Source: a virus
Lineage: Duplodnaviria > Caudoviricetes
DNA length: 52,782 nt
Virus record (IMG/VR): IMGVR_UViG_3300025154_000134
Location: 1 to 52,782 of that record
Reading direction: 5' to 3' (one strand)
Part shown: in pieces, positions 9,266 through 19,437 of the stretch
Layout of the letters: the number at the start of each line of letters is the position of its first letter
How positions within the stretch are numbered: position 1 is the first letter of the stretch
Program-made: the position numbers and the translations under genes
Notes under the pieces: model-generated
What the model was told of the DNA's origin: nothing
Seen by the model: the letters and a program-made list of their open reading frames with translations, nothing else
Databases searched by the model: none

Positions 9266-9606
9266 ATGAACTTGCCGGAATATTTACGCCATTCGCGCGA
9301 ACGGCGTGGGTATACGCTCAATGACTTGGCGGAGATGACCAAGATATCCGTGTCGTTTCTGTCCGACCTGGAACATGCCGTTCCGATCCGTCGTTAGACA
9401 GTTTACAGCGCATCGCCAACGCCTACGGGATGGGTGCAGGTGATCTCCTGATCGAAGCTGGGTATACGGTGCAGCATCACATCACGGAAGAACGCCGTGC
9501 CCAAGTCAAATGGTACGCTGAGCGGGCGCTTGAATTGGCGCAGCAGCAATTATGGGAAATGGGACCGTGGCCGCTGCACGTGGGCGGAGAAGTGCAGGAA
9601 TTGTGA
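9266..9606 (+). pseudogene. XRE-family HTH regulator with a 1-bp frameshift near 9377
   Basis: LRHSRERRGYTLNDLAEMTKISVSFLSDLEH continues as RSDPSLDSLQRIANAYG in the adjacent frame. Confidence 0.8.
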
Positions 9607-9643
9607 TGGCACATAGTGCCGCTGGCACTAAGGAGAGTGAACG

Positions 9644-9943
9644 GTGAGTATTCGACCAGACCTTGACGCAACTGACGTGAGGCGGTGCCCAAATTGTAGA
9701 GGGCTGAAACTGGTATGGGTTATGCCCACTGGCGACCCTGATCGCCCCTTCTTCTATTTCGACGACGGAGGATGGGACCGGGGAATGTGGGCCACAGATG
9801 ATGATATGGCACCATGCCCTGTTTGTAATGGCAGCGGGGGCGTGTTTCCTGCGCCGCCTGGAACCGTGATACCAGCGCCAGAACCAGCGCCCCAGTTCTG
9901 GGTACTGCTGGCGGCGGAGGTGCCCACTGATCCCAATAACTGA
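9644..9943 (+). CDS. Small Zn-finger protein
   Basis: CPNCRG and CPVCNGSG motifs. Confidence 0.6.
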   Translation: MSIRPDLDATDVRRCPNCRGLKLVWVMPTGDPDRPFFYFDDGGWDRGMWATDDDMAPCPVCNGSGGVFPAPPGTVIPAPEPAPQFWVLLAAEVPTDPNN

Positions 9944-9971
9944 ACGCATCTCCGGCGCGGACCGGTGGCGC

Positions 9972-11198
9972 ATGGCCCAGCGCGTACACGCCCTCGACGG
10001 CACGCGGTGGAGTGACATCGCTCTCGATCTCTGTGTCTCGTGCTTTGGCGGGACGTACACACCGACCGAGGGCCAGGTCAAAGCGGCGCGGCGCGATTAC
10101 GCCCGGCTCCGCGAGGTGCACGGAAACGGGAGCGCGGCCAGTCCGAAGACCAGCCGCGCGGGTGTCGAAGCGGGTGCAACGACGAGACGAGTATCGCCTG
10201 TTTCGAGCGGCGCGTCAACCTTTGATAGTGTTGAGGATGGAATAAGCGACGATGTAGCCTGGACGCCTGCGCCCGACTTCGTGAGTGCGGACAGTCGCCG
10301 TGATGCGCTGCGCCAGTATCTTGGTACGACGTGGGCGGCGCAGCGGGTGTATGTGTTGGCTCCGGCGAAAACGCGCACGGTGGCCGCTGTGGGGGATTGG
10401 CACGGCAACATTGACCCTGCTATTCTGGCGGCGTTGATCGAGGCTCAGGCGGATGTGTACGTAATCGGCGGTGACACCTATGATCAGGCGTATGCTAGTT
10501 CGTGGGCACCTTCCACACCGGGGGAAGCGGTGCGTGCCCACGAACAGGGGTTTCGGCAGGAGAGCGCCAACAATCGCGCGACGTTGGAAACACTGCTGGA
10601 TAACACAGCAGGCGTGGTGCGCGTGTTCCTTGGCAACCATGATATCAGGGCGTGGCGGGCGGCCTATGATGCGCTGCCAGCGTGGGTATTGTTTCACTGG
10701 GCTGATCCGTTTCAAATGCTGCTGGATGGATTGGGGGAACGGGCGGCAATGGTTGGTCACGAGGTGCGCTGGCACTTCCCCGATGGGCACGTACAAAATA
10801 CGGGCCATGATGATGAGTTTGTCTACGTGTGTGGTGACGTGCTTTTTTCGCACATGAATTTTACCGGGGGCGCGACCGAAACGGGGGTGTCGAAAATATG
10901 GCGGCACTGGTTCCCGGAATGGTCGCGCCCGCTCAACCTGACTCACGTTCGAGTGATCGTGCACTTTCACGTCCACCAGCGCAATTTACACAGTCGAGCT
11001 GGAGGCCACATGCTGCTGGTGGAGCCGGGCATGGGCGGAAGCATCACAGCGGAGGCATACAAGACGGGGTACAATGGTAAATGGCGGCCCGGCGTGCAGG
11101 GGTTCGTCGTGCTGCGCCAATACAAGGACGGCGATGATTGGCGCACGGACTTGGGCAGCGTCGAAATGATAGCGCCGCGCGTGGCGGCGGGAAAATGA
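9972..11198 (+). CDS. Calcineurin-like metallophosphoesterase
   Basis: GDWHG, GGDTYD, LGNHD, SH and HFHVH motifs. Confidence 0.85.
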   Translation: MAQRVHALDGTRWSDIALDLCVSCFGGTYTPTEGQVKAARRDYARLREVHGNGSAASPKTSRAGVEAGATTRRVSPVSSGASTFDSVEDGISDDVAWTPAPDFVSADSRRDALRQYLGTTWAAQRVYVLAPAKTRTVAAVGDWHGNIDPAILAALIEAQADVYVIGGDTYDQAYASSWAPSTPGEAVRAHEQGFRQESANNRATLETLLDNTAGVVRVFLGNHDIRAWRAAYDALPAWVLFHWADPFQMLLDGLGERAAMVGHEVRWHFPDGHVQNTGHDDEFVYVCGDVLFSHMNFTGGATETGVSKIWRHWFPEWSRPLNLTHVRVIVHFHVHQRNLHSRAGGHMLLVEPGMGGSITAEAYKTGYNGKWRPGVQGFVVLRQYKDGDDWRTDLGSVEMIAPRVAAGK

Positions 11199-11221
11199 CA
11201 CTCGCGCCGCACCTCGCCCGC

Positions 11222-11250
11222 TTGACAATCTAACCATTAACGCCTATACT
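11222..11250 (+). promoter_or_regulatory. Sigma70-type promoter upstream of the packaging/structural operon
   Basis: TTGACA-17 bp-TATACT. Confidence 0.8.
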
Positions 11251-11255
11251 TGTCC

Positions 11256-11570
11256 TTAACGGATAGTGGTAGGCGTTTTTGTCCCTCTCCTCCTGGTTAG
11301 GGGGCGCGACACCCTCTACGCGCCCCCGCAGTGAAACCGTTGGGGCGGCCCGCTATAAAATCGGCTCCTGAGTGCTCCTTGCGGGCGGCGGGCACTCGAA
11401 CGATGCGTATCTCCGTGCTGCGGCACGGTGAGAAGTGACGGGCTTTCCCGTCCAGGCGGCAATGGACCGCTACGGCTGGCGGGGCTGGCCGATAACAGCC
11501 CCCAGCAGTTGCAGACTACCGGGCGCAGATAGGCGACGGTATTTTGTGCTATGTGCGATAGGTGAGTATG
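11256..11570 (+). ncRNA. Candidate structured leader or ncRNA
   Basis: At least five GC-rich hairpins in a non-coding stretch of about 320 nt. Confidence 0.4.
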
Positions 11571-11609
11571 GCGAAAGCCTATGACGGTGACAGGTGAAAC
11601 AAAAACCCC

Positions 11610-12173
11610 ATGACGGTGAGGTGTGATGCAAAAACGCGGCGCGGCACGCCATGTCAACAGCCCGCCGGGTGGGGAACCAAACACGTCGGGGAAGGGCGCT
11701 GTAAATTGCACGGGGGTGCAAGTCCGCGCGGAGTTGAGTCCGCTAACTTCAAAACAGGGTTGTATGCTCAATATCTCCCCAGCAAGATCAACGACAAGGC
11801 GCGGGTGTTTCTGGAAGCCGATCCGCTCGAATTGGTGTCGGAAATGGCACTCTTGCGCGCCTTGTTGGCCGAATATGCTAGCCGTTTGCAAGACTTACCT
11901 ATCACCGCCCTTGACATTCAGCTTATGGCTGATCTTGCGGAACGCGTGGGGAGGTTCTCTGAGCGCATTAATAAAATGCGGAATGACACGGCCCTCACTG
12001 GCGCTGAAATGGTATATTTGGCGGCCCGCGTGGCCGATGTTGTGGTGAAATATATTGACGACCCAGATGAGCAGCGGCGTTTTGTCACAGAACTCTTGGG
12101 CCCAATTCCGAACGATGGTGTTGGGCAATTTGGACGCCAAAACAAGCAGGACGTTATCACGCTTTCCGGGTGA
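11610..12173 (+). CDS. terS: Terminase small subunit (HGGxSTG-type N-terminus)
   Basis: CDAKTRRGTPC...GRCKLHGGASP...FKTGLYA; directly upstream of the large subunit. Confidence 0.75.
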   Translation: MTVRCDAKTRRGTPCQQPAGWGTKHVGEGRCKLHGGASPRGVESANFKTGLYAQYLPSKINDKARVFLEADPLELVSEMALLRALLAEYASRLQDLPITALDIQLMADLAERVGRFSERINKMRNDTALTGAEMVYLAARVADVVVKYIDDPDEQRRFVTELLGPIPNDGVGQFGRQNKQDVITLSG

Positions 12174-13533
12174 TGACTTCGCCGCTTTCTGCCCGCAGCG
12201 TCTTGTCGTGCAAAACAAGGACGGCGCGCTTGCACCTTTACAACTGAATACCGTACAGCAGGCGCTTACCGGAGCACTCACCGGGCGCGACCTCGTGCTC
12301 AAGGCGCGGCACGTGGGTATCAGCACGGCGTTACAAGCCACGCTGTTTTGGCATACGCAGCGCGGCAACGTGCGGACGCTGACCCTCTGTCACGAGGACG
12401 ACTTGACGCAGGAAATCCGGGCGATGGTGGACAGGTTCTACAACAACCTGCCGGACCATTCGCCCGTGCGTAAGTTCGCCAACGCCACGTTGACCACCTA
12501 CCCGGAGCTAAATAGCCAAGCGCGTATCGCCACGGTGGGAGGCACGACGGGCAGCAAAAAGGGTCGCGGCGGCAGTGTGACGCATATCCACGGGTCTGAG
12601 GTCGCCTTCTGGCCGGATGCCGCCGGGGTCATGGCGGCGGCCATGCAGGCTGGACACCCGGCGATCTATTTGGAAAGCACGCCCAACGGCGCGCAGGGGT
12701 ATTTTTACACGCTGGTCATGGAAGCACTAGACGGCAACAGCGACTGGACGTTACACTTTTTCCCGTGGTGGATGGAGACAGATTACACGCTGCCCCTCAC
12801 CGACGGCGAGCCGCTTACACTGACGGACGAAGAGCAGGCGTTATGTGCGGCGCATGGCTTGACGCAGGAACAGATCAACTGGCGGCGGGCGAAACAGCGG
12901 GAACTCAAGCACCTGTTTATCCAGGAGTATCCCGAAGACCCGTTGTCGTGTTTCCTGCTGTCGGGGACGGGCTATTTTGGCGACCTGTCCAGCGTGTTTG
13001 TCGCGCCCACCGGGGCGGCTTATGACCCGGACCACCGGTATTATTGCGGGTTGGACTGGGGCCAGGCCAACGACTTCACCGCCGCGAGTGTGATCGACAA
13101 AACCGCGCTGGTGGAAGTAGAGGTGCTGCGGCTGAACAAATTACCGTGGTCGGAGATACGGCGTCAGGTGCGATTGTTGTGCGACCGCTGGCACTGCGAA
13201 ACCATCACGCCGGAAACGAATAGCATGGGGCCGAACATCGAAGAACTCTACCGGGAATTTGAAGTTGGGGAATGCGAGACGACCATCATCCCATTCACAA
13301 CGACCAACAATACGAAGTATGACGCGGCGGTGAATTTGTATGAGGCGCTGCACGAGGGTGGGTTGAAACTACTGCCGGACTCAGTGAGCAAGCGGGAACT
13401 CCTGGCCTTTCAGGCATCACAAACCTCGACGGGCCTCTGGCGCTTGGCGGCGGCAGAGGGGGAGCACGACGATACGGCGATCGCCAAACTGCTGGCGTGG
13501 GTAGGCACAACACGCGGAAGGGGATTTGTCTAA
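12115..13533 (+). CDS. terL: Terminase large subunit (start uncertain; ORF open from 12055)
   Basis: LKARHVGIST, HGSEVAFW, ESTPNG, nuclease motifs GLDWG and HDD. Confidence 0.92.
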   Translation: MVLGNLDAKTSRTLSRFPGDDFAAFCPQRLVVQNKDGALAPLQLNTVQQALTGALTGRDLVLKARHVGISTALQATLFWHTQRGNVRTLTLCHEDDLTQEIRAMVDRFYNNLPDHSPVRKFANATLTTYPELNSQARIATVGGTTGSKKGRGGSVTHIHGSEVAFWPDAAGVMAAAMQAGHPAIYLESTPNGAQGYFYTLVMEALDGNSDWTLHFFPWWMETDYTLPLTDGEPLTLTDEEQALCAAHGLTQEQINWRRAKQRELKHLFIQEYPEDPLSCFLLSGTGYFGDLSSVFVAPTGAAYDPDHRYYCGLDWGQANDFTAASVIDKTALVEVEVLRLNKLPWSEIRRQVRLLCDRWHCETITPETNSMGPNIEELYREFEVGECETTIIPFTTTNNTKYDAAVNLYEALHEGGLKLLPDSVSKRELLAFQASQTSTGLWRLAAAEGEHDDTAIAKLLAWVGTTRGRGFV

Positions 13534-13802
13534 TGCGCAAAGGGCTATTGGTGGGTTTGGGGTTGGCCTTGGTTATTGGCGTGTTGTGTTACCCGGTCTC
13601 GGCGGCCACTTACGATATCGCACCGGTTCAGGTGCAACTGCGCAGCGGGGCGGAGATTGCGGGCTATGACTGTTACCCGGCACGCACGGCGCCGCTGGAA
13701 GGCGATACTTTCGCCCTCGTTACGCTCAACACGTCCAAAGGTGCGGCGTTCTACGAATGCACCTTAACAACACTTACCCTACTGGATATGCCTCATGACT
13801 GA
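13533..13802 (+). CDS. Hypothetical exported protein
   Basis: Signal-peptide-like N-terminus. Confidence 0.6.
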   Translation: MRKGLLVGLGLALVIGVLCYPVSAATYDIAPVQVQLRSGAEIAGYDCYPARTAPLEGDTFALVTLNTSKGAAFYECTLTTLTLLDMPHD

Positions 13803-16203
13803 TGTAAGCCTGCGGTCACGGCTGCACGCGGCCAGGGTCGCCTGGACGGTAGGACGCCCACCGGTCCCCGCGCGGACGATGGAGACCTCGGCCCGGCGCG
13901 AGCCGATGATGATGTGGCCGTCGCGGGTCATGGACCAACCGCAGTGGAATATGGTGGACCTGCAATCGTATATCGATAGCGGCTTCAACCTCAACTCGGT
14001 GATTTACAGCGCGATCATGTACAAGGCGCGGGCGGTGGCCTCGGCTCCCCTGATGTCCTATCAGGGCGAAATGGACGAAGCCGAGGCGCTGGACCGCAGT
14101 CACCCGCTGGCGCAGGTGTTGGTGCGCCCCAACCCGTTCCAATCAGCCATCGAATTCCAGCAGATCAACACCGTGTATTTCAACCTGGCGGGGAATGCGT
14201 ACATCTACTTTGCACGTGAGCGGGCGGGGGACGTGCCATACGCCATGTACACCCTGCGGCCCGACCGGGTGAAGATCATCCCGACGAAAGACGCCCAGAA
14301 GCCGGTGCTGGGGTTTGTGTACGTGCCAGAGGGGTTGTCACTGCGTGACGGCTACCCCATGCTGCCCGAAGACGTGATGCACGTAAAACTGCCCAACCCC
14401 GGCGATCCGCTCAATGGGGCGGGGTATGGGCTGTCGCCCCTGGCCCCGCTGGCGCAGTCGGCCAATGTTGACAACGACATCACGCGCTTTTTGAAAGTGT
14501 TCTTCCAGAAGGGCGCGATGTTCCAACACGTGATCACGTTTGATCGCCCGATGGGGGACAAAGACATGGCGGCGGCGCGCGACCGGTTTGAGCAGATTTA
14601 TGGCGGCGTCGAAAACTGGGCCAAAGCGATGGTAATGGATAGCGGTGGTAAGGTGTCGCGGGTGTCACCCACCTTCGAGGAAATGGGCTTTGAAACGGTA
14701 GACGAACGCAACGAGGCGCGTATTTTAGGCCCGTTCGGTGTGCCGCCGATTCTTATTGGGACACGCCTGGGCCTGATGCGCAGCACGTACAGCAATTACG
14801 AAACGGCGCGCACGGCGTTTTGGGAAGACACGCTGCTGCCTGAATTACGGTTATTTGAGAATGAGTACCAACACTTTTTGGGCGATGATGATCTATTCGT
14901 GCGGTACGACGTGTCGTCCGTACCCGCGCTGCGGCGTGATATCGTAGCGCAGACGGGGGCGGCGCTGAACCTCATTCAAGGCGGCGTGCCGGTTCGGCAA
15001 GCTTTGGCGGCGGTCGGACTGGAAGTTGAAGACTTTGAGGGCGAAACGGCTGAAACAGATGCGCCAGCCTCAACGACCACAACCGACGAGATACCGGTCA
15101 ACGTCGAAACCACGCAGGGCCTCAACGGTATTCAGGTGCAATCGGCATTGCTGGTCTTGGAACAAATGCGGGCGGGCACGCTAACCAGCGCGGCGGCCAT
15201 TGAGTTCCTGGTCGCGTTGGGTATTGAACGCAGCAGCGCGGCGGTGATCACGTCGGGTGTGCCCGATACGCCCGCCGCTGAATCTGCGGAGATGGAGGCG
15301 GAGATAGAACCGCCAACACCTCCCACCCTGCCCGATGTTGACCAGAGTGGACAGAAGGCGCGCAAGGCGTATGATCCGTATGCCATGCAACGCAAAATGG
15401 ACACCCTCGCCGTGTCCAACGAAACACGGTTCGGCGATAGGGCCGCCAAAGTCTTCGACGCCGAAGCGCGGGAATTGGACGCCATGATCGACGAGGTTCA
15501 GCGCGAATCCCGGCGGCGTAAGGGCAGTTTCCAGTGGCGACTGCTGCAAGGTATGATCGAGGATTGGTACAAAACGAATCAGCCGGAAGTCTGGCGTGAG
15601 GCGTTTGTGCCCCTGATTGAAGGCGTCATGATCGACGCGGGGCAGGAATGGGCTGCCGCGTTGGGTGTGCAGTGGAACGTGCGGAATATCCAGGGCGAAG
15701 CGTGGTTTCAAAACTACACGCTGAAATTTGCGCAGCCGATCACCGACACCAGCAGCGCGGTCGTCAAGGACGTGATCGCCCAAGCCATGTCGGAAGGATG
15801 GTCGATCCCGCAGATGCAAGAACGGCTGGGGCTGGTCTTCCAACAGTGGGCCGAGGGCAACCTGTCACCGGATGATTTCGAGTGGATGCAGGCGCGGTTG
15901 CCGAATTACCGCCGTGAAGCCATCGCGCGGACAGAAACGATCCGCGCCTCGAATGCTGGTACTCACGAACTGGGCAAACAGTGGGGGGTCAAATTCAAGG
16001 GCTGGCTGTCGTCCGGCAACGATGGCCGGACACGCGACTCCCACATTGAAGCGGGTGACACGTATGGGCCGGGCGGTGAGCATATCCCGCTGGACGACTC
16101 GTTTATGGTGGGTGGCGTGGCGATGTTGTATCCCGGCGACCCCAGTGCTCCGCCTGATGAAACCGTTAACTGTCGCTGCACTCAGTTACTCTACACTGAG
16201 TAG
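13795..16203 (+). CDS. HK97-family portal protein fused to a MuF/SPP1 gp7-like minor head domain
   Basis: Portal motifs RPNPFQS, GNAYIYF, GYGLSP, FGVPPILIG; C-terminal IARTE, DGRTRDSH, YPGDP...VNCRC. Confidence 0.9.
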   Translation: MTDVSLRSRLHAARVAWTVGRPPVPARTMETSARREPMMMWPSRVMDQPQWNMVDLQSYIDSGFNLNSVIYSAIMYKARAVASAPLMSYQGEMDEAEALDRSHPLAQVLVRPNPFQSAIEFQQINTVYFNLAGNAYIYFARERAGDVPYAMYTLRPDRVKIIPTKDAQKPVLGFVYVPEGLSLRDGYPMLPEDVMHVKLPNPGDPLNGAGYGLSPLAPLAQSANVDNDITRFLKVFFQKGAMFQHVITFDRPMGDKDMAAARDRFEQIYGGVENWAKAMVMDSGGKVSRVSPTFEEMGFETVDERNEARILGPFGVPPILIGTRLGLMRSTYSNYETARTAFWEDTLLPELRLFENEYQHFLGDDDLFVRYDVSSVPALRRDIVAQTGAALNLIQGGVPVRQALAAVGLEVEDFEGETAETDAPASTTTTDEIPVNVETTQGLNGIQVQSALLVLEQMRAGTLTSAAAIEFLVALGIERSSAAVITSGVPDTPAAESAEMEAEIEPPTPPTLPDVDQSGQKARKAYDPYAMQRKMDTLAVSNETRFGDRAAKVFDAEARELDAMIDEVQRESRRRKGSFQWRLLQGMIEDWYKTNQPEVWREAFVPLIEGVMIDAGQEWAAALGVQWNVRNIQGEAWFQNYTLKFAQPITDTSSAVVKDVIAQAMSEGWSIPQMQERLGLVFQQWAEGNLSPDDFEWMQARLPNYRREAIARTETIRASNAGTHELGKQWGVKFKGWLSSGNDGRTRDSHIEAGDTYGPGGEHIPLDDSFMVGGVAMLYPGDPSAPPDETVNCRCTQLLYTE

Positions 16204-16214
16204 TGGAGGTCATT

Positions 16215-17549
16215 ATGTACGAGGTCTACCGGTTGGGGAACGGACGGCGTGATTTAGTCGATAAGGCGCGCGATTACGAGACGGCCCGCCAGCGCGCGAT
16301 TGAGGCCAGCGCCTTTCAGCGCGCGTTGTTCATTGTGGTCCGCGAGGGCTTTGGCGACCCGCTGTATTATGCGTATGACGGTGTGGGCGGGGATCAGGCG
16401 ACCGTGTTGCCACGCGTTCACATTGCCCCGGCGGAGTCCGTCGCGGGGCAGGATGACCCGCCGCGTGGTCGCCGCAAGGGACCGAGCGAGACGAAAGCGC
16501 GGATTACGCCCCAGCGGGAATACAAGATCGGTCCTGCTTACGTGGTAGAGTGCAAGGCCGTTGATGACGGCAAGCTGGGCATCGTTGAGGCAGTCGTGAG
16601 TGTGTATGGCGTGTTAGATGACGGCAGAGATATCATCTCCAATTCGTTTTTTGCTAAGTCGTTGTCTGAACACGGACACCGCGTGCGCGTACTCAATAGT
16701 CACAGCCTCAAAGACGGTGTGCTTGAGGTGATAGGGAAGCCACTCTTGATGCGAGAGGTTGGGCGGGAAGAATTGCCATCTGAAGTACTGAACCGGTATC
16801 CAGAAGCTACCGGCGGCTTTTTGACTACAACTCAATTCATGTTGAGTGATGCGCGTAGCAAGGCGGTTTATGATCGACTAGACGCAGGCTGGATTAACGA
16901 ATGGTCTATAGGCTTTGATGATTTGCAGTCTGAGAAGTCCCGGCTGGTTCGGCGCACTTATAACGGAACACAATGGCGTTATGACCGAGCGTCAATGGAA
17001 GACCCGCCCGAATCCCTGGTTACTGACGACTCCGGTAGACCTATTGTGGCGCGACTACTACGCCAAGGACGACTCTGGGAATACTCTCCCACAGTCTGGG
17101 GAATGAATCCGGCCACAAGTACAGTAAGCGTTAAGGATATAGGCGGAGAAAGCACCGAAACCGACGCTCTATCAGATGACGACATAGCGCAGGACGCAGA
17201 TACAACCGCTCTTGACGTAGAGCAGGACCCCGATCCCATCGATACCAAAGTGGGGCGCGTCCTGAGCAGCGTTAATTTTACTCGTATTCAACAAGCGTAT
17301 ACCCTGCTGAACGAGGTCATGCAGTCGGCAGGGTTGCTTGACGAAGAGGCGGCAGACGATACAGCCGCCCGGCATGGCGAATTGCAACACACCAGCGGCG
17401 ACGGGCCGCACGAAGGTCTGACACCCATCTCGGACGAGTCGGCCACTCCGACCGAGACCGGGCCGCAGGCGAACGAAGCACCCGACACCAAGCGAGCCGA
17501 TTTGCTGCGAACAATTGAGCAGCGACTAGCTGAAGTGGAGGAACAATGA
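16215..17549 (+). CDS. Prohead protease (HK97 type) with acidic scaffold-like tail
   Basis: VLNSH, IGKP, WSIGF, LWEYSPTVWGMNP. Confidence 0.85.
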   Translation: MYEVYRLGNGRRDLVDKARDYETARQRAIEASAFQRALFIVVREGFGDPLYYAYDGVGGDQATVLPRVHIAPAESVAGQDDPPRGRRKGPSETKARITPQREYKIGPAYVVECKAVDDGKLGIVEAVVSVYGVLDDGRDIISNSFFAKSLSEHGHRVRVLNSHSLKDGVLEVIGKPLLMREVGREELPSEVLNRYPEATGGFLTTTQFMLSDARSKAVYDRLDAGWINEWSIGFDDLQSEKSRLVRRTYNGTQWRYDRASMEDPPESLVTDDSGRPIVARLLRQGRLWEYSPTVWGMNPATSTVSVKDIGGESTETDALSDDDIAQDADTTALDVEQDPDPIDTKVGRVLSSVNFTRIQQAYTLLNEVMQSAGLLDEEAADDTAARHGELQHTSGDGPHEGLTPISDESATPTETGPQANEAPDTKRADLLRTIEQRLAEVEEQ

Positions 17550-18853
17550 CCACGAAGGAAAAAGTCGAGCGCTATAAGGCACTCTACGCCCAGGCCAGAA
17601 CTCTGGTCGAGGGCGGGGATGTCGAAAACGCCGAAAAAATGTTGAAAGAAGCCGATGACCTTAAGGCGTCTGCCGCGCGTGAGCTTGACATCCTCAAACG
17701 CGCTACGGACGGCGAAACGGATGTCACCGGTCTGGAACAGAAGAGCGCCCCGCGCCCGCAGGCAGAGCCGGAGCGAAAGACGAAGTTTGACAACTACGAC
17801 GAATGGGCCAACAGCATGGCGCGTTTCCTGACCAAACAGCAGCCCGATCACCGTCTGAAACTGTGGAATGACGTGGGTGATAATCCGATCCCGCTCTTCA
17901 ACGAACAGAAACAGATGGTTGAAAACGTGGGCGCGTCCGGTGGCTTCCTGGTGCCGGTGGAACAGAGTAACGAGATCATGGCGATTGTCGCCGAACTCGC
18001 CATCGTGCGCCCGCGCGCGACCGTCATTCGCATGGTGCGCCGTCAGTATTCCCGCCCCGTGTTGGACCAGACCGGTACCACGGCTGGTCGCCCGCACTGG
18101 TTCGGCGGCATGGTGTTCTACTGGGGCGAAGAAGCCGCTGAGAAGACCATCACAACCGCCAGTTGGCGCGAAGTGAATCTGGTTGCCAAGAAACTCTATG
18201 GCTATACGCGCGCCAGTGATGAACTGGTAGACGATGCGATCATCAGCCTGAGCGATTACCTGCAAGGCCCCACGGGCATGGCGGGCGGTATCGCCTGGAA
18301 TGAAGACTATGCGTTCCTGCAAGGCAATGGCGCGGGGCAGCCGCTTGGCGTGATCAACGCTGGGGCAACCATCACCATCAATCGCCAACAGGCGGGGCCG
18401 GGTGTTGATCCCGTCACCTATCACGACCTGACCGAAATGCTGGAACACCATCTCGAAACGGAAAACAGCATGTGGGTCGCGTCACTGTCACTGCGCGGAT
18501 CGCTGATGCGCATGACCTATCCGTCCAGCAACCCATCGCTGGTGTGGCAACCGAGCGCGCGTGAAGGCAATCCCGATACGCTGCTAGGCCGCCCGATTGT
18601 GTGGACCGAAAAGGTTCCGCTGAGTGGGTCTGCGGGCGATATCGGCCTGTACGACTTCCGACACTATTGGGTTGGCGACCGGCAGGCGCTCACGTTTGCC
18701 AGCACCAACGCCGAATATTTCAAATACGACCAGACGTCGTACCGCATGGTGCATCGCGTGGACGGTCGCCCATGGATGAATACCTATTTTACTCTCCAGG
18801 ACGGAACGTCTACAATTTCGCCCTTCGTTATATTAGGGGCTAAGAGTACGTAA
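17546..18853 (+). CDS. Major capsid protein (HK97 fold)
   Basis: GGFLVP, ASDELVDD, FLQGNGAGQPLGV, TLLGRPI, RVDG motifs. Confidence 0.93.
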   Translation: MTTKEKVERYKALYAQARTLVEGGDVENAEKMLKEADDLKASAARELDILKRATDGETDVTGLEQKSAPRPQAEPERKTKFDNYDEWANSMARFLTKQQPDHRLKLWNDVGDNPIPLFNEQKQMVENVGASGGFLVPVEQSNEIMAIVAELAIVRPRATVIRMVRRQYSRPVLDQTGTTAGRPHWFGGMVFYWGEEAAEKTITTASWREVNLVAKKLYGYTRASDELVDDAIISLSDYLQGPTGMAGGIAWNEDYAFLQGNGAGQPLGVINAGATITINRQQAGPGVDPVTYHDLTEMLEHHLETENSMWVASLSLRGSLMRMTYPSSNPSLVWQPSAREGNPDTLLGRPIVWTEKVPLSGSAGDIGLYDFRHYWVGDRQALTFASTNAEYFKYDQTSYRMVHRVDGRPWMNTYFTLQDGTSTISPFVILGAKST

Positions 18854-18913
18854 CTCTTAGTAGATGAAATACTAGCACTCTGTACCTTCTCACGAAGGTA
18901 GAAAGGCAAGACC

Positions 18914-19345
18914 ATGCCGTACTGCACTGCGTTTTATGAAGAGTGGGAGCTGCTGGATTACATCTATGGGGATGCGGTCGCAGCGAACACCGAGAGCAAT
19001 ACCGGGGCGATTCTCCTGGCTAACTATGCCCAGACCGTGATCATCATTCACCCAGTGGATGTCAATGACGCGCTGGACGTGGATATCGAACAGGCGACCA
19101 CCGCTACTGGCACTCTGTCATCGTTTGACAGCGCGTCCAAAGACGTGACCATCGCCACGACCGACACCGGTCCCACCGTGATCAGAATTCGACACGAGGA
19201 ATTCGCGGCAGGATATGAGTATCTGAATGTCGAAGTCACAACCGGGAACACCGGGGGTGACGGGAATGAGTTCGTGGTGGAAGTGTGGGCCGAGCCGGTC
19301 TACAAACCGGCGTCCACCAGCCTCCTCGAAGAAGTAGCCGACTAG
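18914..19345 (+). CDS. Probable head decoration protein
   Basis: Directly after the capsid gene; beta-rich and acidic. Confidence 0.55.
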   Translation: MPYCTAFYEEWELLDYIYGDAVAANTESNTGAILLANYAQTVIIIHPVDVNDALDVDIEQATTATGTLSSFDSASKDVTIATTDTGPTVIRIRHEEFAAGYEYLNVEVTTGNTGGDGNEFVVEVWAEPVYKPASTSLLEEVAD

Positions 19346-19437
19346 GGAATCTAGTCAACGGGGCGGCTAGGCGCGCGCGCTGAAAAGGGTACTCCGGCCC
19401 CTGCCGCCCTGAACACGGAGCGCACAAGGAGAGTGCA

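Noticed and set aside
17288-18451. Long antisense ORFs (also 27879-28784, 34629-35417, 43052-43951, 44371-45129)
   Set aside because: Shadow frames of well-supported genes, with no motifs or RBS
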